Shown here: positions 9,551 to 19,155 of the stretch, piece by piece
Layout: each line of letters opens with the position of its first letter
Position numbering within the stretch: the stretch's first letter is position 1
Source of the DNA: a virus
Taxonomy: Duplodnaviria > Heunggongvirae > Uroviricota > Caudoviricetes
Length of the DNA: 64,000 nucleotides
Reading direction: 5' to 3' (one strand)
IMG/VR virus record: IMGVR_UViG_3300015171_000003
The notes under the pieces: model-generated
Seen by the model: the letters and a program-made list of their open reading frames with translations, nothing else
What the model was told of the DNA's origin: nothing
Databases searched by the model: none
Translations under genes and position numbers: made by a program

Positions 9551-10444
9551 ATGAATAAAAATAGAAAAAATATTAATAAGATTCCACGGCTTATTATTAT
9601 AATTGGAATGTGTATTGTAACAATGTTCTCCTTTACTGGTTGTTCTAAAAGAATTTCTGCTGGTTATGAAGGTGTAAGATTCAACCTATATGGTGATAAT
9701 AAAGGAATTTCGGATATTCCAGTTGGTCCTGGTCAATATTGGTTAGGGTTCAATGAAGAAATTTATGAGTTTCCAGTATTCATTAAGCAATATCCTTTTA
9801 CAAAAAATGGCACTGAAGGATCTCCTAATAATGAGGAAATTGTTTTTCAAACCAAGGATGGTATGACTATCTCTTGTGACGTAGCTATTATGGCTCAAGT
9901 CATTCCAGGTAAGTCTCCATTAGTTTATAAAACCTTTCAGAAAGAGTTTGATGATATTTTGCACACAATTATGTATCAACAGATTAGAGATGCATTTAAT
10001 AGTCACGCTTCACAAATGACAGTGGATTCTGTATATGGAGAAGGAAAAAATGATTTACTTAAAAGTGTATTTGATGATGTTAAGACAAGTTCGGAAAAAT
10101 GGGGAATTGAAGTAGATAAGATTTCATATCTTTCTGAAATTAGAGTTCCGCAAGTAATTCAAGACTCGATCAATGCAAAGATTGCTGCAACTCAACTTGC
10201 TCAACAGAGAGAAAATGAAATTGCAACTGCAACTGCTGCTGCACAAAAGAAGATTGAAGAAGCAAAGGGGTCTGCAAAGTCCCTTGAAATTGAAGGAACT
10301 GCTCTAAGAGCTAATCCAGAAGTTCTTGCCCTTCGTCAACTCGAAATCAGAAGGCAAGCAATTGAAAAGTGGGATGGTAAATTGCCAGAAACTTTGATGG
10401 GTGGTAAAGATCCAATTGATGTTATTGTTCAAGCTCCAAAATAA
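9551..10444 (+). CDS. SPFH/band-7 (stomatin/prohibitin-like) domain lipoprotein
   Basis: N-terminal signal with lipobox-like FTGC; the SPFH core is recognisable (EGVRFNLYGD...QTKDGMTISCDVAIMAQV) and is followed by an Ala/Gln-rich coiled coil. Confidence 0.65.
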   Translation: MNKNRKNINKIPRLIIIIGMCIVTMFSFTGCSKRISAGYEGVRFNLYGDNKGISDIPVGPGQYWLGFNEEIYEFPVFIKQYPFTKNGTEGSPNNEEIVFQTKDGMTISCDVAIMAQVIPGKSPLVYKTFQKEFDDILHTIMYQQIRDAFNSHASQMTVDSVYGEGKNDLLKSVFDDVKTSSEKWGIEVDKISYLSEIRVPQVIQDSINAKIAATQLAQQRENEIATATAAAQKKIEEAKGSAKSLEIEGTALRANPEVLALRQLEIRRQAIEKWDGKLPETLMGGKDPIDVIVQAPK

Positions 10445-10629
10445 GATAGAGTGACGAATAACAGGGTGAGGAGCCTCATTCGTCTTTGGAAAATTATCTT
10501 TTATGGTAAAGATACTATCTGAATATCTATAATAGCTAAGCAACTATTAAAACTGCTTATTTTTATTATGAATGACAATGATTTAATCCCTAAATGGGAC
10601 ATTACATATAGCATACAACTTATTAAAAA

Positions 10630-10827
10630 TTGGAACAAATAATTATGATAAACAATTGGTTAAAATCTATTTTTAAGAAACAAGAAGATTTGAGGCTTCC
10701 AAAACCATTGGAATATTATGAAAACTCTCCGTTGAAATATGTTAATAGTAAAGGAGAAGAAACATATAATAGTTTCCAAAAATGTATTGATAGAAATAAA
10801 GAATATGATCCACAAATTTTATTTTAA
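10630..10827 (+). CDS. hypothetical protein (may be joined to the next ORF by a frameshift, or separate)
   Basis: 65-aa ORF that looks more protein-like than the overlapping 5' part of 10739..11086. Confidence 0.3.
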   Translation: MEQIIMINNWLKSIFKKQEDLRLPKPLEYYENSPLKYVNSKGEETYNSFQKCIDRNKEYDPQILF

Positions 10828-11086
10828 GTTTAGCAACAATACTCAAATCAGATATGATATTGATACAGATGCTATCAATCCATGGATAGAATCTAATATA
10901 GAGACTGATAATAAATTATTTAGTATTGGGGGAATATTAGAAGATGATAAATTATTAATAGAATGGAGTTGTTTTATTGTGAATTCTTTACATCCAGAAA
11001 TGTTTAAGATATGTTCTCCCGAACAAATAATTGAGATGTTTAATTCTCTAACAAAACAAAATACTTATGGCTTTACAGAAGATTGA
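10739..11086 (+). CDS. hypothetical protein (likely true start at ATG about 10805)
   Basis: 115-aa ORF; its 5' third overlaps the previous ORF in another frame. Confidence 0.3.
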   Translation: MLIVKEKKHIIVSKNVLIEIKNMIHKFYFKFSNNTQIRYDIDTDAINPWIESNIETDNKLFSIGGILEDDKLLIEWSCFIVNSLHPEMFKICSPEQIIEMFNSLTKQNTYGFTED

Positions 11087-11531
11087 AAATATATTAAATA
11101 AATCCAAATGTATAACTTTTGATTTTGATGAAACATTATCCTATTATGAATATTCTTATAGTGTTTATGACGCGGGATCTTTAATTGCATTTAATACTAC
11201 TGTTGATTTTTTTAAAAAACACCAGTCAGATAAAGAAATTCATATTGTCACATTTAGATCATTACATACCAAAGAACAAGTTATTGATTTTTGCAAGGCG
11301 CATGGATTAAAACCAAAATCAATTGTCTGTACAAATAATTCAAGTAAAATTCCTCACATAAAAAAGCTAAACAGTGATATACATTTTGAGGATTCTATGC
11401 ATGTATTATTGGACATTAAAAATAATAATTTAAAAACTATTCCTATATTTGTAGACATTAAAAATAATGTATTACAAATAATTAATAAAGAATATAATCA
11501 CAGTAACAATAAAAAAAGAATTAAAATATGA
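11067..11531 (+). CDS. HAD-superfamily phosphatase-like protein
   Basis: Motif I ITFDFDETL (DxDxT). Confidence 0.45.
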   Translation: MALQKIENILNKSKCITFDFDETLSYYEYSYSVYDAGSLIAFNTTVDFFKKHQSDKEIHIVTFRSLHTKEQVIDFCKAHGLKPKSIVCTNNSSKIPHIKKLNSDIHFEDSMHVLLDIKNNNLKTIPIFVDIKNNVLQIINKEYNHSNNKKRIKI

Positions 11532-12235
11532 TAATTGCTGGCCTTGATCTAGAAACTAGTGGACTAGACCCACACTCCGATGTAATTACAGAATTAGGAT
11601 TAGTCCTATGGGACACTGATAAAAATTTTCCTGTCAGAATCATATCTAGTTATGTATTTGATGATAAAATTACTCCAGATATATCACCAGAAGTAACAGA
11701 ATTAACAGGCATAGATCGTCCTATTTTAATGGAATGGGGAACTTCTTTTGAGAAAATGATGGATGCTGCTATTTCAACTTTCTCTTGTTCGGATGCAATT
11801 CTAACCCATAATGGAATTAATTTTGACATGCTATTTATGCATCAAGAGGCAAAAAGACAATCAAAAAGTATTCCTGATAAAATAGTTATAGATTCTTTGT
11901 ACGACATTCCTTTTCCTGCTAAATTTGGTACTAGAAAGCTTGATTTTCTTGCAGGATGTCATGGATTTCTTAATCCATTTCCACATAGAGCTTTATTTGA
12001 TGTTCTTTCAATGTTAAAAATAGCCTCAAATTATTCTTGGCAATCAATGATGGAGTCGGCAAAATATCCAGTTATTAAAATTAAAGCAAATGTTACATTT
12101 AATAATAATACTTTAGCAAAGAAAATGGGATACTATTGGGAACCAGCACCGACTAAAATGTGGCTTAAAGAAATACGTGCTAATTTGTTTGAACAAGAGA
12201 AAAAAGAAGCTCCATTTGAAGTTAGTAAATTATAA
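11528..12235 (+). CDS. DEDDh 3'-5' exonuclease (DnaQ/epsilon-like)
   Basis: Exo I GLDLETSGL, Exo II LTHNGINFDMLF and Exo III HRALFDVLSM motifs. Confidence 0.7.
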   Translation: MIIAGLDLETSGLDPHSDVITELGLVLWDTDKNFPVRIISSYVFDDKITPDISPEVTELTGIDRPILMEWGTSFEKMMDAAISTFSCSDAILTHNGINFDMLFMHQEAKRQSKSIPDKIVIDSLYDIPFPAKFGTRKLDFLAGCHGFLNPFPHRALFDVLSMLKIASNYSWQSMMESAKYPVIKIKANVTFNNNTLAKKMGYYWEPAPTKMWLKEIRANLFEQEKKEAPFEVSKL

Positions 12236-12239
12236 AACT

Positions 12240-12707
12240 TCACGAATCATCTTCCATTGGGAATGTTTCTGGATCTAAGATGTTTAATATATTATATAAT
12301 ATCTCTATAGAATCTTCTTTATTTATTTGTTTGTTAGATAAATTCAAAAGAATCTCTTGTTGTATATGAATTTTTAATAAATCTTGTTTGTCTAGCCCCA
12401 ATTCATTAAATAAATTTTCTATTTTTGAATCATTTGGTTTATTCTCAGAAGACTTTACTTTTTCCTTAGAATTAGATTCTGCACTGAGTTTTTGATTGTA
12501 CAATGTTCCTGGAATAGTCTCCGAAAGAATTTCTTTGGAAATAATTTGTGTGGCTTTATCTGAAATTTGCTTATCATCTGTTAATTTCTCAGTGTTCTTA
12601 ATATCTTCCTTTAATCGATTAATATCTTCATTACTTATAAATTTATTAATAGAAAATGTTAATAATATTTCGTGTTTCTGTAATAAGTGTTTGTGTTCAA
12701 CCTCCAT
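12240..12707 (-). CDS. acidic low-complexity protein
   Basis: 155 aa, rich in E/D/K/S; the stop abuts the convergent exonuclease gene. Confidence 0.4.
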   Translation of the reverse strand: MEVEHKHLLQKHEILLTFSINKFISNEDINRLKEDIKNTEKLTDDKQISDKATQIISKEILSETIPGTLYNQKLSAESNSKEKVKSSENKPNDSKIENLFNELGLDKQDLLKIHIQQEILLNLSNKQINKEDSIEILYNILNILDPETFPMEDDS

Positions 12708-12736
12708 ATAAAATATATATGGTGCCTAAAATAAAA

Positions 12737-12768
12737 AAAGCCTATAAGAGTAAAATCTTATAGGCTTT
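12737..12768 (-). terminator. intrinsic-terminator-like hairpin (13-bp perfect stem, 6-nt loop) flanked by an A-run and a T-run
   Basis: aaagcctataaga-gtaaaa-tcttataggcttt. On the minus strand it is followed by TTTTTTT and sits 22 nt downstream of the stop of 12791..13435. Confidence 0.5.
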
Positions 12769-12790
12769 TGGTTATCTTTATTAATTTATG

Positions 12791-13435
12791 TTACATGGGA
12801 GAATATTGAACATATCTCTTCCCGTCTTCCTTCACAAAATTCTTCTTATAATCTTGAAAATAGAAAAGACCTTGTTCAAACAACTCCTCAACAATTGTTC
12901 TAACACAATCATGTCCAATATTTGTGGAACCACCATCTATAGTATAGACTCCAGAATTAACAAGTTCTCTCGCTTCTGCTGTGACATCATATGCAGAAAA
13001 AGATAGTTCATCCTTATTAATGTTGAACACAATTTTGGTCACAAGTGTTTGTAGAGAAACATCTGTTGCATCAGGAGAATAAGCACCATCATCCTCATCC
13101 TGAACATCTTCAACAAAGTCAGAAGAACACCCACAATCTCCTCCACAACAAGAAGTATCTTCTACATCCTCTATTACTGGATCAGAATCAACACAATTTG
13201 GTGTAGAAATATTTGAATACACAATATAAGTTCCATATGGACCACTTGCAGACAGCTTTGATCCAGCACTGAACCAATTTTCATCAAATAGTTCGTGAAT
13301 TGTATTTCTTACCTTGTTAAAGGTGAATTCAAAATCCACATTGTTTGTTTTCAACTTTGTATAAACGTCCTTGGCAGAAACATTCTGCCCTTCTAGGTTA
13401 TACAATTCGTTCTGTACCATTTGTCTGATTGTCAT
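12791..13435 (-). CDS. acidic Cys-cluster protein
   Basis: 214 aa containing DTSCCGGDCGCSSDFVEDVQDEDDG; GC is above average. Confidence 0.45.
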   Translation of the reverse strand: MTIRQMVQNELYNLEGQNVSAKDVYTKLKTNNVDFEFTFNKVRNTIHELFDENWFSAGSKLSASGPYGTYIVYSNISTPNCVDSDPVIEDVEDTSCCGGDCGCSSDFVEDVQDEDDGAYSPDATDVSLQTLVTKIVFNINKDELSFSAYDVTAEARELVNSGVYTIDGGSTNIGHDCVRTIVEELFEQGLFYFQDYKKNFVKEDGKRYVQYSPM

Positions 13436-13493
13436 ATTTTTATTTTTTGGTTAATTTTTAACTATTTAATATTATCAAAAACAAACAAATTTG

Positions 13494-13910
13494 TCAAATA
13501 GATTCATTTAATTTCTTTTCCAAGTCTTTGATTTTATTTTGATATTTCATTTTATTTTTGTTGAGATTGTCTATTTTTTTTCTGTATATATCTAAATTCA
13601 TATCAAATTTTCTTTTTTTGTTTAAAATAATTTCATTTATTTTATCAATTTTTGCCAGTGTAGGTTTCAAATCAACATTTTCTATTGTTTTAATCCAATT
13701 TCTTACTAATTCCTCTCTTATATTTTTTTCAAGAGGATGAATATAAGGCAAGTCTTCTCTTTTAACACCTGATATGTGTACTTGTTTTTTTACCTCAACA
13801 ATATTTTCTTCTAAAAAAACTTCATCCAATGTTATATTAACTTTGGATAAGTCTATATTATTTAAGTCGGTTTCGGTAATCTGTTGCGTGTGCGTTTCTT
13901 CTGTTGCCAT
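13494..13910 (-). CDS. coiled-coil hypothetical protein
   Basis: 138 aa, K/E/N-rich heptad-like. Confidence 0.4.
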   Translation of the reverse strand: MATEETHTQQITETDLNNIDLSKVNITLDEVFLEENIVEVKKQVHISGVKREDLPYIHPLEKNIREELVRNWIKTIENVDLKPTLAKIDKINEIILNKKRKFDMNLDIYRKKIDNLNKNKMKYQNKIKDLEKKLNESI

Positions 13911-14383
13911 ATATTTCCTTTACCTACATTGTGTGTACAATTATAACAAAGTAATCTAAGATTTTCTATTGAGAAATTTTTTCTATTAGAATCTAAAAAA
14001 TCTAATATTAATGGTACAACACCATCAGTAGCTCTGCCTTCACAAAAACCACAATTTTCACATTTTCTTTCTCTTAAACCGGCTCTAATTAATTTTTCTT
14101 TTAAATGTGCTGGTTGAATATCTAATATTTCGTTTCTTAAAATTTTATCTAATGGTTTTTTAGATTTCCATGGATTCTTCCATCTAGGAACGCCATTTGC
14201 ACATACACTAGTAAATTCAGCAGCAACTCTATGAATACCATATATTTTTGCCCATTTGACATATGTTGGGTATGCTAGTCCCAAAATAGTTGCAGCTTCC
14301 ATTGCACTCTTAGAAATAGATTGTGCTGCTTCAATTTCACTTTGTAAAAATTTCCTATGTTTATTGTGTCCTCTTTTTGCCAT
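13862..14383 (-). CDS. HNH endonuclease with N-terminal HTH-like domain
   Basis: CENCGFCEG...NLRLLCYNCTH fits the HNH Cys/His pattern; the architecture resembles a free-standing homing endonuclease. Confidence 0.55.
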   Translation of the reverse strand: MAKRGHNKHRKFLQSEIEAAQSISKSAMEAATILGLAYPTYVKWAKIYGIHRVAAEFTSVCANGVPRWKNPWKSKKPLDKILRNEILDIQPAHLKEKLIRAGLRERKCENCGFCEGRATDGVVPLILDFLDSNRKNFSIENLRLLCYNCTHNVGKGNIWQQKKRTRNRLPKPT

Positions 14384-14387
14384 AAAT

Positions 14388-14687
14388 TTATGATATTAAA
14401 ATATCTTGTATATTATCTTCTTCTTCCTCTTCATCTTCGCCAATTATTACTTCATTATCTATTTCACAATATTCTAAACTATCATAATTGAATATATAAT
14501 TTCCAAATTTTGAGGTCCAGATAAATAAATAATCCTCATCCTCTTCTATTACACACATTTTTAAATTAAAAATAGAACCTTCTTTAAATTCCCCATAAAA
14601 TTCTCGTTTAAAATCCTCTTTTTTTAGTTTTTTAAGAACTTTTTTTAAATAGGCTGTTAATTGTTTAGCAGATCTTTTATCAGACAT
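14388..14687 (-). CDS. small acidic protein
   Basis: 99 aa with the C-terminal tail IIGEDEEEEEDNIQD. Confidence 0.4.
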   Translation of the reverse strand: MSDKRSAKQLTAYLKKVLKKLKKEDFKREFYGEFKEGSIFNLKMCVIEEDEDYLFIWTSKFGNYIFNYDSLEYCEIDNEVIIGEDEEEEEDNIQDILIS

Positions 14688-14688
14688 T

Positions 14689-15078
14689 TTATACTCCCAT
14701 CAATATTTTTTCATTCCTCAGATCATTCTTATATTCCTGCAAGGCAAATTTTCTTAATATTTCAGCTTGTTTATATAAACCACAATTACATAATATTTTG
14801 TAAGAATTTACAACATATTCTTTATTTTCAGTTTTTACTGTTATAACTACCGCGCCATCTTTTTTCTCTTTTTTAATACAAATATCAACAGCCAGTGTTG
14901 CAGCTTCTATAATACAATCTTCGATTGATTCAAATAGTGTGCTATTTACTTCTACTTCTTTATTCCAATTACAACAGGTAACTAAACATTTCATACAAAA
15001 TACATAGTTTATAAATATTATTTTAAATTTTGATTTCTTTATTATATTCAATATCTGATAAAGTTTTTTGCCAACCAT
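14689..15078 (-). CDS. hypothetical protein
   Basis: 129-aa ORF. Confidence 0.4.
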   Translation of the reverse strand: MVGKKLYQILNIIKKSKFKIIFINYVFCMKCLVTCCNWNKEVEVNSTLFESIEDCIIEAATLAVDICIKKEKKDGAVVITVKTENKEYVVNSYKILCNCGLYKQAEILRKFALQEYKNDLRNEKILMGV

Positions 15079-15505
15079 TAATATTTCTTAATTTTCCCAA
15101 ATTCCCCGTGCGCTCACAAAAAAAAGTAGATTTGTGTTCAAAATTATTAATTATTGTCCAATAACTTTTCTTATGAAATTCCGATATTAAATTATCATCG
15201 CCTTGCCAAGTTAGTTTTCCAAATTTTTCTTTATAAATAAAAGATTTTACCCAAGCATCTTCTTGTTTATTTTTATGTAATTCATTAATAAATTCTGTAA
15301 TAACCTCGGAAAACTCAATAGCAATATTTTTCCATCCTTTATTAAATTCAAAACCACATCTCAAATTGCATGGATTATCTGGTAATTTATATCCTTCATA
15401 TGCTGCAATAACACAGGGACTTAAATCTAAATAAATGTGAGGAAACTTATGAATTATTTCCAATTCCCAATCCTCCAAATCATTTAAACTAAATTGTGTT
15501 TTCAT
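15023..15505 (-). CDS. hypothetical protein
   Basis: 160-aa ORF immediately upstream of the SNF2 gene. Confidence 0.4.
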   Translation of the reverse strand: MKTQFSLNDLEDWELEIIHKFPHIYLDLSPCVIAAYEGYKLPDNPCNLRCGFEFNKGWKNIAIEFSEVITEFINELHKNKQEDAWVKSFIYKEKFGKLTWQGDDNLISEFHKKSYWTIINNFEHKSTFFCERTGNLGKLRNINGWQKTLSDIEYNKEIKI

Positions 15506-15546
15506 ATATTAATATTACGTTATTTGTTTAATAAATACAAATTAAA

Positions 15547-17187
15547 TTAAATAACTCTACCAATGGTCAAATCTCCATCATTAATCATATCAAGATTATT
15601 TAATTTTGACTTAACCTTTTTACAAACTTCCTCTTCTTCAGTGTTTGCTATATATACAACTTTTTGAATAGCTTTTGATTTTGCTTCATCTCTATGTATT
15701 CTCCCCAAAGCCTGTCTTAATAGCACAGCACTGTGGTTAGGCGAGATTAATGAGACTCTTGGGTATCTTCCATTCAAATCATGTAAACTTACTCCCACGC
15801 CGCCTGCTTGGATATTTAATATAATAACTCTTTCCTTATCCAATTGAAACTTTTCTATGTTATCTTCTCGTTCATTATTTTTATTATTACCCCAAACTAT
15901 ACAATTTGTATTTAATCTTTTTGATAATGCTTTTATTGTTTCCGAAAAATTAACAATAAGAACTACACTCTGATCATTTTCTAAACACTCTTCAACCATT
16001 TCAATTAATAAAGGAACTTTCAATAATTCTGCTTCTTGCCTAGCTCTTAATTTAATAACCATTTCTGCAGCAGTGTCTCTCTTCTTTTTTGCCTTTAATA
16101 AAAGCAATTCTTTTTGCATTGTCTTATAAATTTCATTCATTTTCTTTACTGATTCATCATCAATATCAAATGCATCAACTATAGTTTCACAATCTGGGAA
16201 TCCTTTAATATCTTCTTTCTTTATTCTAACACCTTTATCTAAAAATAAATCTTTATGTAATTTCTTTAATATAGTTTTATCATTATTAAATTCCATTCCA
16301 TATATTCCTTTGAAACACCCGTGTTCATATAACCATTTGTAATAATCGGTCAAATTATGCAATCCCAATATATAACCCGCCGCTCTTAATTCTAATGGAG
16401 ATATTGCCGCTGTTCCTGAACATAATAATATTTTATATCCTTGCTTCTTTGCTTGAATTGCTATTTCGGCATTTATAGTATCTCTGCCTTTTATTCGTTG
16501 ACTCTCGTCAAAAATAATTAAAGTGTCCTTAGAACATTTCCAAGTAAATACTTTTTTCTTTTTTCCTTTTGGTGCTTGTAAAATCCCAATATTTTTATAT
16601 TTTCCACCCTTAACACTTTCATAATTTAAAACAAAAGATAAATTCTTCTTCATTCCAAATTCATTTGAAATTACCTTTGTCCATGGGGTAATAACACTCT
16701 TTGGACATACGACACCTATCTTAAAACCAAGTTCTTTAGCAACTGCTACGGAACAAAAAGTTTTACCAGATCCCATCTCCGATCCATTTATTGCCGCGCC
16801 ATGTTTTATAATAGAAGAACATATTGCCTCTGTCATTGGAATTTGAAATTCCCTAAGAATATTTTTAATTTTATCGTCCTTTAATGAATATGGGGGAAGA
16901 TCACTTTTAGTAAAATCTATTTTTGAATAATCTATAGGAGATTCTGTTTTATCAACAGACCCTTTAAATTCTTTTGGATGACTAACAATTTGTTCAAAAA
17001 CCCATTTGCCTTCTTTATTTTTTTTGACGGAAAATCCTTGTAATCTTAAAACTATTTTTTTAGATTGATAAAATGTCCAAAAAGATTTTACAATATCTTT
17101 ATCATCAGGTAATACCCAATATCTGCTCCATTTAAATCCAGCAGAAGTAGAGTATTTTTTTGGTTCTGACCAAATTATATTTAGCAT
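15547..17187 (-). CDS. SNF2-family DNA-dependent ATPase/helicase
   Basis: Walker A GSGKT, motif II IIFDESQRIK, motifs V-VI ILNIQAGGVGVSLH...QALGRIHR. Confidence 0.8.
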   Translation of the reverse strand: MLNIIWSEPKKYSTSAGFKWSRYWVLPDDKDIVKSFWTFYQSKKIVLRLQGFSVKKNKEGKWVFEQIVSHPKEFKGSVDKTESPIDYSKIDFTKSDLPPYSLKDDKIKNILREFQIPMTEAICSSIIKHGAAINGSEMGSGKTFCSVAVAKELGFKIGVVCPKSVITPWTKVISNEFGMKKNLSFVLNYESVKGGKYKNIGILQAPKGKKKKVFTWKCSKDTLIIFDESQRIKGRDTINAEIAIQAKKQGYKILLCSGTAAISPLELRAAGYILGLHNLTDYYKWLYEHGCFKGIYGMEFNNDKTILKKLHKDLFLDKGVRIKKEDIKGFPDCETIVDAFDIDDESVKKMNEIYKTMQKELLLLKAKKKRDTAAEMVIKLRARQEAELLKVPLLIEMVEECLENDQSVVLIVNFSETIKALSKRLNTNCIVWGNNKNNEREDNIEKFQLDKERVIILNIQAGGVGVSLHDLNGRYPRVSLISPNHSAVLLRQALGRIHRDEAKSKAIQKVVYIANTEEEEVCKKVKSKLNNLDMINDGDLTIGRVI

Positions 17188-17292
17188 TAATAATTTCTAT
17201 TTATCTTTATTAAAATATTGGTAATAAAAGGATAAAACGACCAATATAAAGCATTTTTTAAATATGAATAACAATTAATAATTTTATTATTT

Positions 17293-17619
17293 TTAATCTC
17301 CATAACTTTCTTTATTTTTTGAAAATCTATCGGCATCAAATATATTAGTTCTAATTGGTGTACTATCTGCTCGAATGACACCGATATTAAAATATTCACT
17401 TAGACTCTCAACAAAAACTCTTCCTGCACTATCATCAGCACCATATCCGATATTCTCCATATCAAACATATATTCTTTACGAGACTTTCCAAATTTTCGT
17501 TGACAAGTTCCTTCTAAATGAGTTACTAATGCTGGAATAGTTGGAAAAACATAAGTAGCACTTTGACTTTTGTTTTGTTTGTTTTTAACAGTAGGATCTA
17601 CAAGGTAATAGTTTGACAT
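17293..17619 (-). CDS. hypothetical protein
   Basis: 108-aa ORF; the overlapping 17187..17399 ORF is likely spurious. Confidence 0.4.
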   Translation of the reverse strand: MSNYYLVDPTVKNKQNKSQSATYVFPTIPALVTHLEGTCQRKFGKSRKEYMFDMENIGYGADDSAGRVFVESLSEYFNIGVIRADSTPIRTNIFDADRFSKNKESYGD

Positions 17620-17652
17620 ATTTAATATATAATGGACATTTGTTATAAAAAA

Positions 17653-18189
17653 TCATCTATATTGATTTTTCAATAATCTCCAACGAGTATTATCTATTTC
17701 AATCTTACCACTATCAATACCCTCGATTTTTTCAAAAAGTTCTTCTAAGTTATTATAAATATTTTCATGATTTATTGTGCCAAAAATCCAATAAGGAGTG
17801 CATTTCTTCCCACCTTCAACTACTAAAAATATTTGTTTCTTTGCGCGATTTGCTGTGAAAAATTCCTCGTAACTTCCACATGTATGAACTTTGGGATTTA
17901 AATAAAAAATAATAAAGTCACTTCTATCTACCAGATTTAAATCAAAAGATCTAAATTCCCTACATAAGATACTCAATTCATCATATCTCTCTTCTAAACG
18001 CATATTAGTTAGCTTAACATGAAACTCTGGAGATTCATCAAATGAAAAAAGAAAAGGCTTATTATATGGATCGAAACATGTTATACCAATCTTAGAAAAT
18101 CTATCTTTAACTAAATTTCTCCAAGATTCTCCATTTTGATATTCCATTGATCCAATAAGGTAACATGTTGTCCTATTTAATAAATTCAT
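17653..18189 (-). CDS. nucleoside 2-deoxyribosyltransferase-like protein
   Basis: CYLIGSMEY...W N-terminal motif and DRSDFIIFYL...TCGSYEEFFTANRAKKQIFLVV fit the NDT/Rcl family pattern. Confidence 0.5.
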   Translation of the reverse strand: MNLLNRTTCYLIGSMEYQNGESWRNLVKDRFSKIGITCFDPYNKPFLFSFDESPEFHVKLTNMRLEERYDELSILCREFRSFDLNLVDRSDFIIFYLNPKVHTCGSYEEFFTANRAKKQIFLVVEGGKKCTPYWIFGTINHENIYNNLEELFEKIEGIDSGKIEIDNTRWRLLKNQYR

Positions 18190-18190
18190 A

Positions 18191-18985
18191 TTATCTTTTA
18201 GGAATTAAATTTTGTAATCTTGTTGGATCTTTAGTAAATACCCAAGCAGGTTCTAATTGAAATGTTGGACGATTAACTTTTACAATTTCATTCTTATGAT
18301 TAATTGTTTCAATCTCTCTATCCTTTTTAGAAATAATTCTTCCAAATTTACATTTTGGGTCATAATTTTCCCAATCAATTATTTTTGCTTCTATCATTGG
18401 AATAATTTCTTCACAAGATTTATCCATTAATTCTTTGTGGGAATATAAAGATCTAGCTACCATTTGAACTGCATTTCTCATACAATCTCGATTCCTCCAA
18501 ACAACATTATTATAAACTTCAATCCAATCGGGAATTGAAAAAACTCTTGCGTCAAAATGTGCATATTCAAGAATTGTAATGTTGTGGTTATAAGCTTGAT
18601 TAACTCTATACTCATTAAATATAGCAGTAGCCATACTAGCACCTACACTAACAATTTTTTGAATATTACCACCAAACCATATTTGTGTTTCTTCTGATTG
18701 AATATCAGTAAACACAATAGTAATTTCATCTGATTGAACATATGATAATACAACACCTTGAATTTGTTTACAAAGTGTGATTGCTGTATGATCCATAGCT
18801 TCATTAAAATATTTGTCGAATGGTTTATCAAGTAATCTTGTATAAGAATGAAATGCTTTACCATCTATTCTTAAAATAAAATAATTATTCTTTGTAAGAT
18901 ATTGTCTATAAACATTCTCGTAACTTTTCATGCGATTTCCCAAAAGGTCTTCTTTCATTTGTTCTCCCAACACACATCTCTCCAT
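18191..18985 (-). CDS. Thg1-like protein (tRNA-His guanylyltransferase family)
   Basis: N-terminus KSYENVYRQY...YFILRIDGKAFHSYTRLLDKPFD matches the Thg1 KFEYVKxFE...RIDGRxFHKFT...KPND signature; the length (264 aa) also fits. Confidence 0.5.
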   Translation of the reverse strand: MERCVLGEQMKEDLLGNRMKSYENVYRQYLTKNNYFILRIDGKAFHSYTRLLDKPFDKYFNEAMDHTAITLCKQIQGVVLSYVQSDEITIVFTDIQSEETQIWFGGNIQKIVSVGASMATAIFNEYRVNQAYNHNITILEYAHFDARVFSIPDWIEVYNNVVWRNRDCMRNAVQMVARSLYSHKELMDKSCEEIIPMIEAKIIDWENYDPKCKFGRIISKKDREIETINHKNEIVKVNRPTFQLEPAWVFTKDPTRLQNLIPKR

Positions 18986-19155
18986 TCACCATAAAAACCA
19001 GTATATTCTTTTCTTATCATTACAAATTCCAACCATCTCCATTCTAATCTAGAATCACAAAAATTATTTGATATTGCTAATGTTTTTGGAAAATATAAAT
19101 ATTTCTTTACTATTTTAGTGTCACCTATTTTAGGCTTGATTATTTCTTTTCTCAC
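18955..19155 (-). CDS. hypothetical small protein
   Basis: 66-aa ORF. Confidence 0.25.
   Translation of the reverse strand: MRKEIIKPKIGDTKIVKKYLYFPKTLAISNNFCDSRLEWRWLEFVMIRKEYTGFYGEWRDVCWENK

Noticed and set aside
17187-17399. ORF 17187..17399 immediately downstream of the SNF2 gene
   Set aside because: It overlaps the 3' half of 17293..17619 in another frame and has a low-complexity translation; it is probably spurious.
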